Positions 1-11,503 of a DNA stretch of 64,000 nucleotides are shown here, one piece after another. This stretch comes from Vicugna vicugna (lineage: Eukaryota). Below the pieces are notes generated by a model. That model saw nothing but the letters and a program-made list of their open reading frames with translations, was not told where the DNA came from and searched no databases. The stretch is taken from positions 806,001 through 870,000 of the forward strand of contig MU057521.1 in the NCBI GenBank assembly GCA_013265495.1. The letters are read 5' to 3'. Each line of letters begins with the position of its first letter. Position 1 is the stretch's first letter. Both the position numbers and the translations under genes were made by a program.

Positions 1-190
1 GTGGAAGAAATAAACAAAAAACACAGACGAGTAGACATATACATTAGCAAGTAATTTCAGATAGTGGTGACTGCTGTGATGATGATAAAGCAGAATAATG
101 ACTGGAGAGCGACTGGGGGAATTAGTTTTGATCATATGGTCAGGTAAGGTTTCTCTGAGGAAGTACTAATTGACTGAAATCTGAATTATT
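1..190 (-). mobile_element. L2 LINE fragment
   Basis: Purine-rich 'ggtcaggtaaggtttctctgaggaagt...tgaaatctgaa' resembles the antisense L2 3' region. Confidence 0.6.
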
Positions 191-659
191 CAAATCAGAC
201 AACTCCTCAGTGAGTTTCATTATAGCTTTTTGACCTTCCACCACTCTTGGGCTGCTGCACAGAAAAGAGAATCCCAGCATCATCTTCTGTTCTCCCTCTT
301 GCCTTCCTCACAACCCCCTGACAGCTGAAAATAAAAGGGAAGAGCAAGGATGCCAGGGGAGGTATACCAGATTTCTGCTGAACCAAACGACCACAGATCC
401 AATCGCCTCTGGCCAAAAAAGAGCCCTTTTAAGGAATTGGGCCCAGTTAAAGCTTTTCAAAAAATGGAAAAGTCTCATTTGATTCAGCAACTGTGTTTTC
501 TTTGTGGCAGGAAAAGAGGAAGGTATTAAGGCTGCATAAGAAAAAGTCATGATTGACCTAACGCCCCCTTGATTGCCATCATCCCTAGAATTCTGCTATC
601 AGAGAAGTGACATATGTGTCACGTCTCCCTGAGGACCCCTCAAGCAAACCTGGATAGTA

Positions 660-795
660 GGAATCATTATTGGAATAAAGACACTGGCTCTGAGGGACTG
701 AAGAACTTACCCAAGGTCGTCCAGTTAATAAGACACAAAACCAGAATATGAACCAAGGGCTGGCTATTTCCAAAGCCCATGTTCTTTCAACTAAA
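660..795 (-). mobile_element. MIR SINE fragment
   Basis: 'aacttacccaaggtc...tgaaccaagg...tccaaagcccatgttctt' matches the reverse MIR core. Confidence 0.65.
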
Positions 796-2420
796 TGACC
801 CTGCCCAGCTGCCAAACTGGACATCAGAAGACATAAACCATTAAGAGACAAAAGGCAGACCAATTCATTTGTCAAATTCTTCTAAGAGGGAAAGAGCGAG
901 AGGGAGAGGGAGATCAATACGCCGTGTTGTATTTTTAGTGATGGGCAGTGAGAATGGCACCCAACAATTTATAGAAAAGGAAAGGAATTTGTATTCCCTG
1001 GGGCTGGAAAGTTGTTGGACATTAATAACAAGAAAATTGTTAGGATGCTGACAAGAGGTAAAGGAAATGTCCTTGCTTTATCCCCTCCAAAACCTCACTG
1101 GAAGAAAAGTGGGAAAGAACACAGGACTGAAAATCGAAGCAGGTTTGCGATAGGAAGAAACACAGGAGGGGAATATGAGAACGTTTGAAAGCAAACAGTA
1201 TGGAATGAAAGAATTTCAGACTAAAAGAAAAATAAGCTTAGCTGTTGTAAAAGAGCAGGATGGTTAATTAACAAGGGGGATGAAAATAGCCTGCAGATAA
1301 TATTTATCATCCTTCCCAGTTTTCCTGTGGCTTTATTTGTGCCCATCTGTCAGCTCAATCTTTTCCAAGTGTCTGCTGCCACAAATGCAAGCCATTAATT
1401 TATTGAAAATATTACTGAAATTAGATTGCTTCTGGCCTTCCTGTTGCTTTGTTTTTAACTTTTTGGAAAATTGTGTTTATCTGTTTGCCTGTTTGTGTTT
1501 TCGTTTGGCATGTGGAAGTTATGCCCAGGCTTGGAAACATAGCCTTCCCAATTCATAACAAAAAGAAACCTGGGAAACTTTCCTGTGTTCAGAAGCGCAC
1601 CCAGCTGAATTTGCAGAACAGTTTTGCCAAATGTCCCTGTACACACACCCTGTTACCTCTAGGGCGAGAAATCTAAACCTGGAACATTCTGACAAAAACC
1701 AAAGAAAGCAATGGCAATATTGCATTTATTTGCTTTAGCAAAGAACATACCTAAATGGGTGGTTCTTATTATGAACGTATCCAGTTTACATTAAAAAAAA
1801 GTCCATTAGACTCCCCTAAGAACCAAGTAGGTGGTACATTTAGGTTATACCCATTTTTATTTCAAAAACAGGGACAAAGAGCCTTTCTGTCGACTCTGTC
1901 ACAGGCTGATGTGTCACCCTACTTGAGGCCATTATCAAAGGAAGATAATTGTGACATTTTTAACATTACATAATCGGATTTTTTTAAATCAGCAAGTGAG
2001 TGCATATTAGTAGAGTTGTAAAGAAGCAACTCTGCAAAGGGGGTTGATTTGATTTCTTTAGCTTCCCAAAGCTGCCCCCAAAGTGCGGACAGGCCACCCA
2101 AATCTCCAGTTTGTTAAACCAGTCTCGCCCCGGAGGGATTTCTGAGTGCTTCACTTCAAAGAAGGACACCACCCAGGCTGGTTGGCTGCAAATGTGAGCT
2201 GCCTATTATTTCTCCTTCATTTCCCAGGAAGTCTGGGTGAGGGCCCCGTGCCTCCTGATGGGCACAATGCCTGCCTCCTTACATCCCTTCTCACGCTGAG
2301 CAACTTTTTAACTGAGGAACCCCAGCAGCTCTCCCCATCCTGTTTCACTTGCTGCAGTCTGGTGTGCGAGATAGAGGGGAGAGATGGAGAGGCTGAAGGA
2401 CCCAGTGGCTTCTGGAGGTT

Positions 2421-2978
2421 TGGCAGGGAAGGAAAAAATATTATTTTTCCCTCTACCCATCTTAGGTTCATTGGCTGGGGCCAAACTGATAAAAGACAGA
2501 TTAAAAAAAAAAACTCTTAAATACATATGTAAGCACGGTGATTTCACAAAGAAATGAAACTCAAGGAGACAGACAGATGATTGAGAACTAGGCAGATGTC
2601 TTAGAACTAAACAAAGAAAAAGGGGGGTGGGACTTCTGGGTGTGGGAGGCAAGTTATGGGAAGGCACTTCCCCCCAGGCACCTAAGGGAAGGTGACAAAT
2701 AAAAGTATGTGAAAAAACAGCTGTCTATTATGATTTGTTATGCAGACTTAAGTAGGTACCTTCTCCACTGATGACATATTAAAAGTCCTTCTCCCCCTGG
2801 TACAGGGTGGGGAGACATCTTTACAAATGGAAATTATATTTATAAATGTAAATTTCCTTTACAAAATGATAACTTATGCCTATTTTTAGAGATTTCCCTG
2901 CATCTACTTGTTATTAATAACCTTTAACTCAAAATAGTCCATGTGTCAAAGAGGGATATTTGGGGTGCAATATTCTTG
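2421..2978 (-). mobile_element. ERV1 solo LTR, MER34/MER39-like (copy A)
   Basis: Shares the family ends 'ggaaaaa..atttttccctctacc..ttaggttc' and 'ctcaaaatag...atattttggggtg..atattct' with the other copies in this window. Confidence 0.75.
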
Positions 2979-3098
2979 AGGGAGAAAAGATGTTTTAAAG
3001 ACTGAAGGACTGGAGATTAAGCAATTAGATTCCACACACACAAAAAGACTATGTACTTCAATTACAAAAGTCAAAAAAAAAAAAGTGTCAGAAAGTAT

Positions 3099-3652
3099 TG
3101 CAGGGGAGGAAAAATAATTTTTTCCTCTACCATTTTAGGTTCTTGGCTGAGAAACCCCTGTAATAAAAGAAGGATTAACAGGAGAAAAACAAATCGAAGT
3201 TTCATATACCTCCTGTATACATAGGAGATACCCAGGAAAACTGAGTATGTCCCTGAAATGGTCCAGGCCACCGGCTTAAATGCCATCCTCAGCAAATAAC
3301 AAAAGAAAGATTTTGATAGGTGAAGGAAGGCTTATTAATGGGAGGTGACCAGGAAAATCATGGTAACTAGTAACAAGGTCTTGGTTGTTATGCAGGTGAA
3401 AGTTTTTGCCTTCTCAATTTATAAGAGTTTCTACAGATTTAGAAGAAATTTTTATCCTTGTCTTCCTGGTACAGAGAGACACCCTTACAAATGGCGATTT
3501 CCCTTATAAATGTAAATGTCTCTCACTAAAGGGTAATTTCTACATTTTCAGGGCTTTTCCTGTGGGTTGTTTTTTTTTTTTTTTAATAACAGTACCAAAT
3601 AATCCTTATGCCAAAGAAGCATATTTTGGAGTCCAAATTCTGCTCTCCTTCA
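3099..3652 (-). mobile_element. ERV1 solo LTR, MER34/MER39-like (copy B, full length)
   Basis: TG...CA termini, 4-bp TSD gtat/gtac; the minus strand begins TGAAGGAGAGCAGAATTTGGACTCCAAAATATGC. Confidence 0.85.
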
Positions 3653-3948
3653 GTACCCTGTAGATTAAGTTCAAGTTGTTCCCAACTATTATGAGTGAAC
3701 ATTCCTAACCCTACATAAAAGAGGGGGAATGTCCACAAATTTTGGCAAATTTGCCCCAAATGTTACCACTTCAAATGGTCATTTTCCTTTGTGTTTAAAT
3801 GTCTGTTGATGCCCTTCTCATCTGAACATTCAAGAACATGGTTGTATCTGGTGGAACTGATGGAGAATTAATAAAATGGCTGCATTTAGGCCAACAGATT
3901 GTTTATTCTTATACTCGCCCTTAAAATGGTTAACTAACCTGACTGACC

Positions 3949-4456
3949 TGTTGCTACTCACAGCTCCAGGCCCATTGTTGAAATAAAGCTATTGATTTTA
4001 CTGTTTCTGTTTTATTCCAGTAATTGAAAGTAATCATCATACTTGGTTTCTGAGTTGTTCTCCAGGGAGAAGGCCTTGGAACTGTAGCCTTACAAAATAG
4101 CCTGAATTACCAAGAAGACCACATCTTGGGTGCTTATGAGATAAAAGAGATCGAAAAAGTGACAACCACTAGCCTCTGTAGAATTGGTCACCAGGAGACA
4201 CCATGACACCACTCTGAGTCTTATGATAAGAAAATGATTCTGATGATTGTTATGATGTTTTATTGTTTGAGCTACGGCTATATAATCACCCTGCCCCATC
4301 CCCAAGGTGGGTTCACAGTTTTGAAGGCACCAGCCTGCTGTGAGTCCTCTTCACCCAGCAAAGTAATAAAACTGTCTCTTTTCTTCTATGTACTAAGACC
4401 CTGTCTCTGAGCTTCACTGTGGCTCGTCAGGTATGGGGGCCAATCTTTCAGCAACA
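3949..4456 (+). mobile_element. ERV1-type solo LTR, different family
   Basis: Inverted termini TGTTGCT...AGCAACA, TATA-like 'tatataa' near 4278, AATAAA near 4365, flanks gacc/gaac. Confidence 0.75.
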
Positions 4457-4489
4457 GAACCAATCAATATGTTCAGAAGCACAGAGAAC

Positions 4490-4815
4490 TATAAGAGGCC
4501 AGAATATGCTACTCCAAAATATGCCACTCTTTATCGTAAGGATTGTTTTGAACTGATTATTTAATAATCAGTAGACACAAGAGAAGCTCTGAAGAAAGAA
4601 CATAGAAATTTACATTTATAAAGGAAATCTCCATTTATAAGGGTGTCTCCCTCTTTGCATCAGGAAGAGAAGGATAACCCTTAATCACAAAAGACTCATC
4701 AAGACACTGACTTAACCCTGTATAACAAAACTGATCTTGTTCACCATACTTTTCCTGGTCACCTTCTGTAACTCACATTCCCCACCCAGAAGTCCCCAAA
4801 CTCCTTTTCCTCTTT
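4490..4815 (+). mobile_element. ERV1 LTR, MER34/MER39-like, 3'-truncated (copy C)
   Basis: Starts 'agaggccagaatatgctactccaaaatatgccact...aaggattgttttgaactg', the family 5' motif. Confidence 0.75.
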
Positions 4816-4823
4816 TGATGCTT

Positions 4824-5030
4824 TATGATCAGACCGCCCAAGATGGCAGTGTACATCCCCTACTGACCAGTCCCTGCTTCACCTACACCCTACCTACACA
4901 CAGGACTGAACTTCCCTCCTAACCATAGAGCCTAATCAGTAAATACCGACATACTTGCCACCCACCTCCCCTCCAGTGACCCCCGCCCCCGCCACCCCGC
5001 CTCCAGCTAGTGATTGTTTTCATCTTTAGA
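4824..5030 (+). mobile_element. Probable ERVL LTR 5' fragment (MER74/MER73-like)
   Basis: 'tgatcagaccgcccaagatggcag' start motif followed by C-rich U3-like sequence. Confidence 0.4.
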
Positions 5031-5034
5031 TCAG

Positions 5035-5740
5035 AATGGCTTCCTTTTGATATTTTAACAAAGGAGAGACCTCTGCCCATTGAAGGTACTTAGCCTGAGG
5101 GGCTACAAGGCCATGCCTCTCTGCTAGTTTCCCAGGTAACTGAAGTTGAGCCAATCTGGATAAGGGTAGCTGAGTCAGAGGAACAAGGAAGTCCAAAGAC
5201 AGCATGAACAGACTTGGCATTTGAGGACTGGCTGACCAAGTATACTGTGTTTATTATGGTCCAGCAGAGCACTTATAGGCACGAAAGACATCTAAGTTTC
5301 AGTTTGTTGACGAGGCAGCCCAGGCAGGAGTATCTCCATTGCGGGCCCAGAAACTTATTTCAAAAGTAGAAGGAAAAAAAAAATTTCCCTCTCCTATAGA
5401 CCCAAAGGAAATAAAATTTCTAAGGTGTGATGGTTCTCCTGGCTCAGGTTTACTACTGTTTTTATGGAGGAAATCCCCCCCAGATGGATTCAGCACATTA
5501 AAAACCCTTAGTTCATGATAGTTATTGCCTGATACCTGCCCTGAAGAGGCTTCAGGAATTGACCAGAGACTACCAGCTTGGGGTCCGCAGGGTGACCCTG
5601 GAATCAGCCACAGGTCCAGATTCTAACAGAGGCTTCTGATGGACTTAGCTAGAGGAAGAATTTTGATTTAAGCCAAGGAAAGACATTTATTCAACAGGGA
5701 GACTGGGAAGCATTTCTCAGATTCTGACACCAAGTCTTTC
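5035..5740 (-). mobile_element. Possible ERV1 LTR end plus 5' internal leader remnant
   Basis: Minus-strand AATAAA near 5690 followed by sequence recalling MER4-group internal leaders; no intact gag or pol. Confidence 0.4.
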
Positions 5741-5749
5741 TGACAGATC

Positions 5750-5890
5750 TGAGGTCTCAACCTGGCTGTACATTAGGATTTTCCAGGGAGCTTTTATAAA
5801 ATGTCGACAGCCCACCCAGGATGAACTAATCTGAATACCTGGGGGAGAGGCCAAGGCACTCTAATTTTTTCAAACTTCCACTATAGAGCC
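5750..5890. mobile_element. MER5-type hAT-Charlie MITE fragment
   Basis: 'tctcaacctggctgtacattagga..cagggagctttt...aatctgaata.ctgggg'. Confidence 0.7.
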
Positions 5891-6889
5891 AGCTGTAGGA
5901 CAACCCTGTAGCATCTAGATTGCCCTTAGGAGGACGGGGTGCCCTTGTCTGAGCTGTAAACATTCTCCCTCCCGTGGGCTGAGTCAGGACTGCAGAGGTC
6001 CTGACAGAAGATGATGCCGCTCCTGAGTCTGTGGAATAGTGTGTATCGAATGCACAAGAATTCATTGCTACGAGGGTAAGATGATGAAATTGTCTTTGTT
6101 TAGTAAAAGGGAAGTGGGCGGCTGCCTCCCCAGCCCCCTTTTTAGGACGTTTCCTTGAAAACATAATAGCTCCAATAATAGGCCTGACCTTTTGAGTTTA
6201 CAATGCAAGGTCATGGGCCTTCTGACCCTTGGAACTGCAGGCACATACCTCTGAAATTAGCTCAGGAGGTCCTGAGGTCCATTCATTTGTCTCTGGAAGG
6301 GACAAGAGAATGTTACTTGTTCTTTCTTCTACTTCACTGTGTAAATTTGTGCGAAATTCTGTGCAGACTTAGTCGTCTCTCGCAGATTGCCTGCCTGCAT
6401 GTAATCTGATATGTCTACCCAAGAATAAATCACGTTCTCTATCCTCTGTATTGGTATAGAGGGTTATTTTTGTTGGCAGGACTTTTTTATTTCCCCAGTG
6501 CTCAGGATGGGAGGTGCAGGTACAGGAGGGGGATGGTAGGAATATCATGGAAGGAAAGGATGAAATGAGGGTCAGACTCCACGGATCAGACCAAATCCAA
6601 AGGCACAGACCTAATTGGAAATGATCAGTGACCAGAGCCAGCTGTGGCCTCCCAACCTTGGCTTTCATTCTCTCCCCCGAGCCCTCATGTTCTTTGATGC
6701 TTGGTGGCCTGCCGCCTCTATTCTGTCCCAGGTCTCTGGAGACAGGTGGATCCCAGACCAGGAGTCTGAAAATTCCTGTGTTCCCTGGGGGACGCACAAG
6801 ACAAGCTTGCAGCATTTGCTGGAGCCCAGTTCAAGAGATGTACAACGAACAGTAGTGAGTGATTAGATGGGGTGGGAAATTGGGCCTGT

Positions 6890-7160
6890 GGCCCAGATGA
6901 GTGATCAGACTGGTAACAAATTAGAAAGAATGCAAGACCAGAGGTAAAATCAGTAGGACTTGGCAACTGGTTAAAGATGGGATAAAAGACTCAAAATAAG
7001 ATTGCAATATTTCAGATTTGGATGACTAGACCAGTAGGATCACTGAGCTGTGGGCAGATGAGGAAGACAGGTGAATGAGAAGGTGGCTGGCACTGGGGTG
7101 GATCTGATCAGAAATTAGTTTTAGATGTAATAAATTCAAGATAGTGGTAGGGCATCCAGG
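6890..7160 (-). mobile_element. L2 fragment
   Basis: 'aggtaaaatcagtaggacttggcaactggttaaagatg...ttagttttagatgt...catccagg' are antisense L2 motifs. Confidence 0.6.
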
Positions 7161-7192
7161 ACTCTGCAGGTTTATAATATTTTAAAGATTAG

Positions 7193-7639
7193 TGTATTAA
7201 TTTCCTAGGGCTGCCATAACAAAATGTCATGAACAGGATGGCTGGAAACAACAGAAATTGTTCCACTGTCCTGAGGGCTGGAAGTCCAAAACCATGGTGT
7301 TGGCAGGACCACGCTCGCTCTGAAATCTGTAGGAAAGACTCCTTCCTTGCCTCTTATTGCTCAGTCCTTCTGGTGCCATCGATCTTTGCTGTTCCTTGGC
7401 TTTCAGCTGCATTTTTCCTATCTTACCTCCGTCATCACGTAACTGTTTTCTCCCTCTGTGTCTTTGTTTAATTTCTTATAAGGACACTAAGCATATTGGA
7501 TTAGGGTCCAACCTAATGGTCCCACTTAACTTGATTACATCAGCAAAGACCCTATTTCTATATAAGGTTACATCTGTAGGTACTGGAGGTTAGGACTTTG
7601 CATATTTGGGGGTGGGGGGACAGAATTCAACCCATAACA
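7193..7639 (-). mobile_element. MaLR LTR (MLT1C-like), full length
   Basis: 'tgtattaatttcctagggctgccataacaaa'...'aattcaacccataaca'; 5-bp TSD attag/attaa. Confidence 0.9.
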
Positions 7640-7795
7640 ATTAACAGTCTCAGAGAAGGCATGATTGGCATTATATGCTTTTAAGGAGGGTGGGACAGAG
7701 AAAGGGTCCTTTGTGAAAGCTGATGAGAAGACATTTCAGTAAAGTGATGGTGGTGGAAGCCAGCTTTCAAGAGCTGAACAGTAAAATAAAAGACA

Positions 7796-7879
7796 GGGTG
7801 GGGTATAGCTCAGTGGTACGGCAAGTGCTCGTGCACGAGGTCCCAGGTTCAATTCCCAGTACCTCCATTGAAAAAAAAA
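7796..7879 (+). mobile_element. tRNA-derived SINE (camelid vic-1-like), short copy
   Basis: A box TAGCTCAGTGG, B box GGTTCAATTCC and an A tail; homologous to the copy at 51501. Confidence 0.85.
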
Positions 7880-8811
7880 TCACTCTCTTCCAAAATACCT
7901 CTGTGTGTGATGTATGTGACATTCCTGGGGTTCCCTTAAAATAAAACGCAGTGAGTATAGCCTGCAATTTAGAATGTGACTGGTGACAGTAGTGTGGTAG
8001 GGTGGCAGCAGGAAGAAACTAGTCTTCACTTCTTGGTGCTACGGTGGCTCTGATCACAGAAACTCCCTTGCCTGGATCCCTTCCACACTGCTCTATCATT
8101 TTCCTGACTCCTCGGGCCCATCCCCCAACATCCTATTTCCTGTCTGAAGGCTGCCTTGGCTCATCTGCTGGGCAGAGATAACAGACGTGCAGGTGAATGA
8201 TGAGCCCAGGGACCCAACCTCCTCCCCTCTCCTGGATGTCTTTCTAGTGACTCACTGCTATGGAATTCCCAAAGGAAGTGGGAAGATATTCCTAATATTA
8301 TTAATCACCTTATTAAGGCTTATACATGAGAACTATGTAATTAAGGGTACACACTTTAAAACAGTGGAACAATTTAACCCCCAAATTCCTACAAGGAAAC
8401 CTGATCAGATGTATTAAGTCTAAGCGGGAAGGTTTAGGAAGTGACCCAGGACCCAGACCAGGGAGAAGTAAAGTAGGACACACTGGCGGACACCCTCAAG
8501 CCTGAGGATTTAGACAGCAACAGAGTCTCCCCACAAACGGCCTCCCACTAACCTTAGAGGATGGATTATAGACTCATCCTCAGGACAATGTGTCCTCTTC
8601 CCTGCTTTTCTTCCTCTGTGATCTAATTGTTCATACACATTTTTTATTCTAAAAAGACAGCCCTACTGATACAAAAGCTGAAAAATGTGTGCCTATTCTC
8701 TCCATGAAATGTAAATGTGTGTTAACGAGGAACAAGTACATGGCATATGCATAAGACTCAAGAGTGAGGCTCACCTCTGGGCTCGAACACACCCTGCAGA
8801 CCTACAGGTAC

Positions 8812-9323
8812 TGAAGGGTCCGGAGTAAGCCACCGTGGCATAAAAAGTATTTTAAGCTGAAGACATCTGAGTTCCTGAAATCCCTTATCTGCCTAAAGGC
8901 AGAGCCTCCCCAAAGAACTCGACTGTCATAAATCCCCTCCCCAGAGCAACTCTAATGCCTTCTTGAAGAGAAGTTGGCGCCACACTCAAAAGACTTTGCC
9001 ACAAAACTATCATAGCTCCCATAATTTCCCCCAGGGCCTATTCATCTTCTGGTTTTCCACAGTGCCCTCTATCCCCAACCCCCCGAGAATTTATTTGTTC
9101 TCCCAAAAAGCCTACCTGCCCCTCTTCATTCCCTATACAGTATGGTACAGAAGCCCCCAATTCTAACCGCCTTCTTGAGTCACATTTGTCTGTGAACTCC
9201 TGTGCATGTATATATGTATTAAAACTATTTTTTGCTCTTACCAATCTCTTTTGTCAAATTAATTTGCAGGCCCTCAAGCATCAAACATGAGAGGGTAGAG
9301 AGAAAGGGTTTTTGTTCCCAATG
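8812..9323 (+). mobile_element. ERV1 solo LTR, MER34/MER39-like (copy D)
   Basis: Starts TGAAGGGTCC, has ATTAAA near 9218 and the 'gagggtagag..aaag' end motif; perfect TSD gtac/gtac. Confidence 0.85.
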
Positions 9324-9516
9324 GTACTTTGGAAATATATTTGCATTTCAGACCATAACAAAGGAGGGTTGCTCTTGGCCCATGTAACTCCAGACATAGA
9401 GTTAAATCAATTTAGGGAAAAACTTGGGAGCTGATCTTCAGGGTTGATCATGTTTCCTCCAGAGGATAAGTGTATATTACTGCCACTGTTCTCCAAGACC
9501 TCTAGATCCTCTCAAT

Positions 9517-10995
9517 CTTTTTTTCAGTTGATTGTTTTATTGAGGTCACATTGGTTTATAACACTATATACGTTTCACATGTACAACATTATGTTTCTAC
9601 TTCTGTGTACCCTCCAGTGTGCTCACCACCAAAAATTTAGTTTCCATCTGTCCCCGTACAGTTGACCCCTTCACCCATTTTGCCCTCTCCTCCACCCCTT
9701 CCTCTTTGGTAAACACTACTCTGATCTCTGTCTTGCTGATTGTTATTGTTTAGCTTGGTTGGCTCGTGTATTTTGTTGGTTTTTTAATACTCCATGTATG
9801 AGTGAAGTCATATAGTGTTTGTCTTTCTCCATCTGACTTTACTTCACTTAGCATAATACCCTCGAGGTCCCTCCATATTGTTGAAAATGACAAATTACCA
9901 TTTATGTTTTACGGCTGAGTACTATTCATATCTCCTTTATCCGTTCATCTGTTGATGGACACTTTGGTTGTTTCTGTATCTTGGTTATTATAAATAATGC
10001 TGCAATAAACATACGGGCGTATATATCTTTTAGAATTAGTGTTTCATCGTCTTTGATTAGATACCCAGAATAGGGATTGTTAGATCACATGGTTTGTGTA
10101 TGGTGTAAGACAGTGATCTAGTTTCTTTTTCTTTCTTTTTTTGTTTTTCTCATGTGGCTTCCAGTTTTACGAACACCATTTATGGGAGAGATTATCCTTT
10201 CTTCATTGTATGCTCTTTGCTCCTTTGTCATAAATTGTCTGCATATGCGTGGGTTTACTTCTGGGCTATCATCTCTGTTCCATTGATCTATGTATCTGTT
10301 TTTCTGCCAATATCATACTGTTTTGATTACTGTGGCTTTGTAATATAGTTTGAAATCAAGGAGTGTTTTATCTCCAACTTTGTTCTTTTTTTTTTTCAGG
10401 ATTGCTTTGGCTATTCAGGGTCTTTTGTGGTTCCACATAAATTTTAGATTTTTTGTCCTATTTCTATGAAAAATGTCCTTAAGACTTTGATAGGGATTAC
10501 ACTGACTCTGTAGATTGCTTTAGGTAATATGATCATTTTAACAATGCTAATTCTTCCAATCCATGAATACAGAGTGTCTTTCCATATATTTGTGTTTTCA
10601 GTGTCTTTCAACAATATCTTACAGTTTTCAGTGTACAAGTCTTTCACTTCCTTGGTTAAATTTATTCCTAAGTATTTTACTCTTTTTGCTCTGACTGTAA
10701 GTGAGATTGTTTTCTTAATTTCTCTTTCTCCTAGCTGATTGTTAGCATATAGAAATGCGACCAATTTTTATATATTAATTTTGTATCCTGCAAATTTACC
10801 GTGTTCATTTATTATTTCCACAAGGTTTTTGGTAGAATATTTAGGGTGTCTATATATAAAAATCATGTCATCTGAAAATAGTGACAGTTTTATTTCCTTT
10901 CCAATTCGGATGCCTCATTTCTTTTTCTTCCCTAATTGCTCTGGCTAGGACTTTAAAACTATTTGAATAACAGTGGCAAGAGTGTAGACCCTCCC
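9517..10995 (-). mobile_element. L1 LINE (L1MA-type), 5'-truncated and internally deleted, with ORF2 remnant
   Basis: ORF 10444-10764 translates to a clear L1 ORF2p segment (AFLYANN...KYLGINLTKEVKDLY.EN...SWIGRI.IVKM.ILPKAIYR); L1 3' UTR at about 9520-9900. Confidence 0.95.
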
Positions 10996-11050
10996 AATCT
11001 GAAAGCAGCTCTATAAGATGATTTGTCAGCCATTTTGATCGACCAACCAC

Positions 11051-11503
11051 TAGTAGGCTAATAATGACCCTCAAAGATATCCAGGTCCTAATCCCTGGAA
11101 CCTGTAAATGTTACCTTACATGCAAAAGGATCTTTGCATATGTGATTAAGTTAAGGGTCTTCAGATGGGAAGACTATCCTGGGTGTTTTACTTAAGTACT
11201 GACAGTAATGTGTCCTTATAAGAGGGAGGCAAAGGGAGATCTGACTATAAAAGAGGAAGAAGGTAAGATGAGGACAGCAGGAGAGACTGGAATGGCTGTA
11301 GCATCTAGAAGAAAGAAGAGGCAAGGAATGAATTCTTCCCTGGAGCCTCTAGAAGTAACCAGCCCTGCCAGCACCTTGATTTCAATCCCATAGGACTGAA
11401 TTCAAATCTCTATCCTCCAGAACTGTAAAAAGAATAAGATTGTATTGTTTCAAACCTCTAAGATTGCGGTAATTTTTTATAGCAGCAGTAGGAAACTAAT
11501 ACA
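11051..11503 (+). mobile_element. MaLR LTR (MLT1D-like)
   Basis: 'ataatgaccctcaaagatatccaggtcctaatccctggaacctgt'...'gcagcagtaggaaactaataca'. Confidence 0.9.

Noticed and set aside
7796..7879. tRNA gene (also at 51501-51575)
   Set aside because: A and B boxes are present, but the A-rich tails, degenerate stems and the TSD at the second copy indicate tRNA-derived SINEs.
10444..10764. Functional reverse transcriptase CDS
   Set aside because: It is a fragment of a truncated, deleted and frameshifted L1 ORF2.
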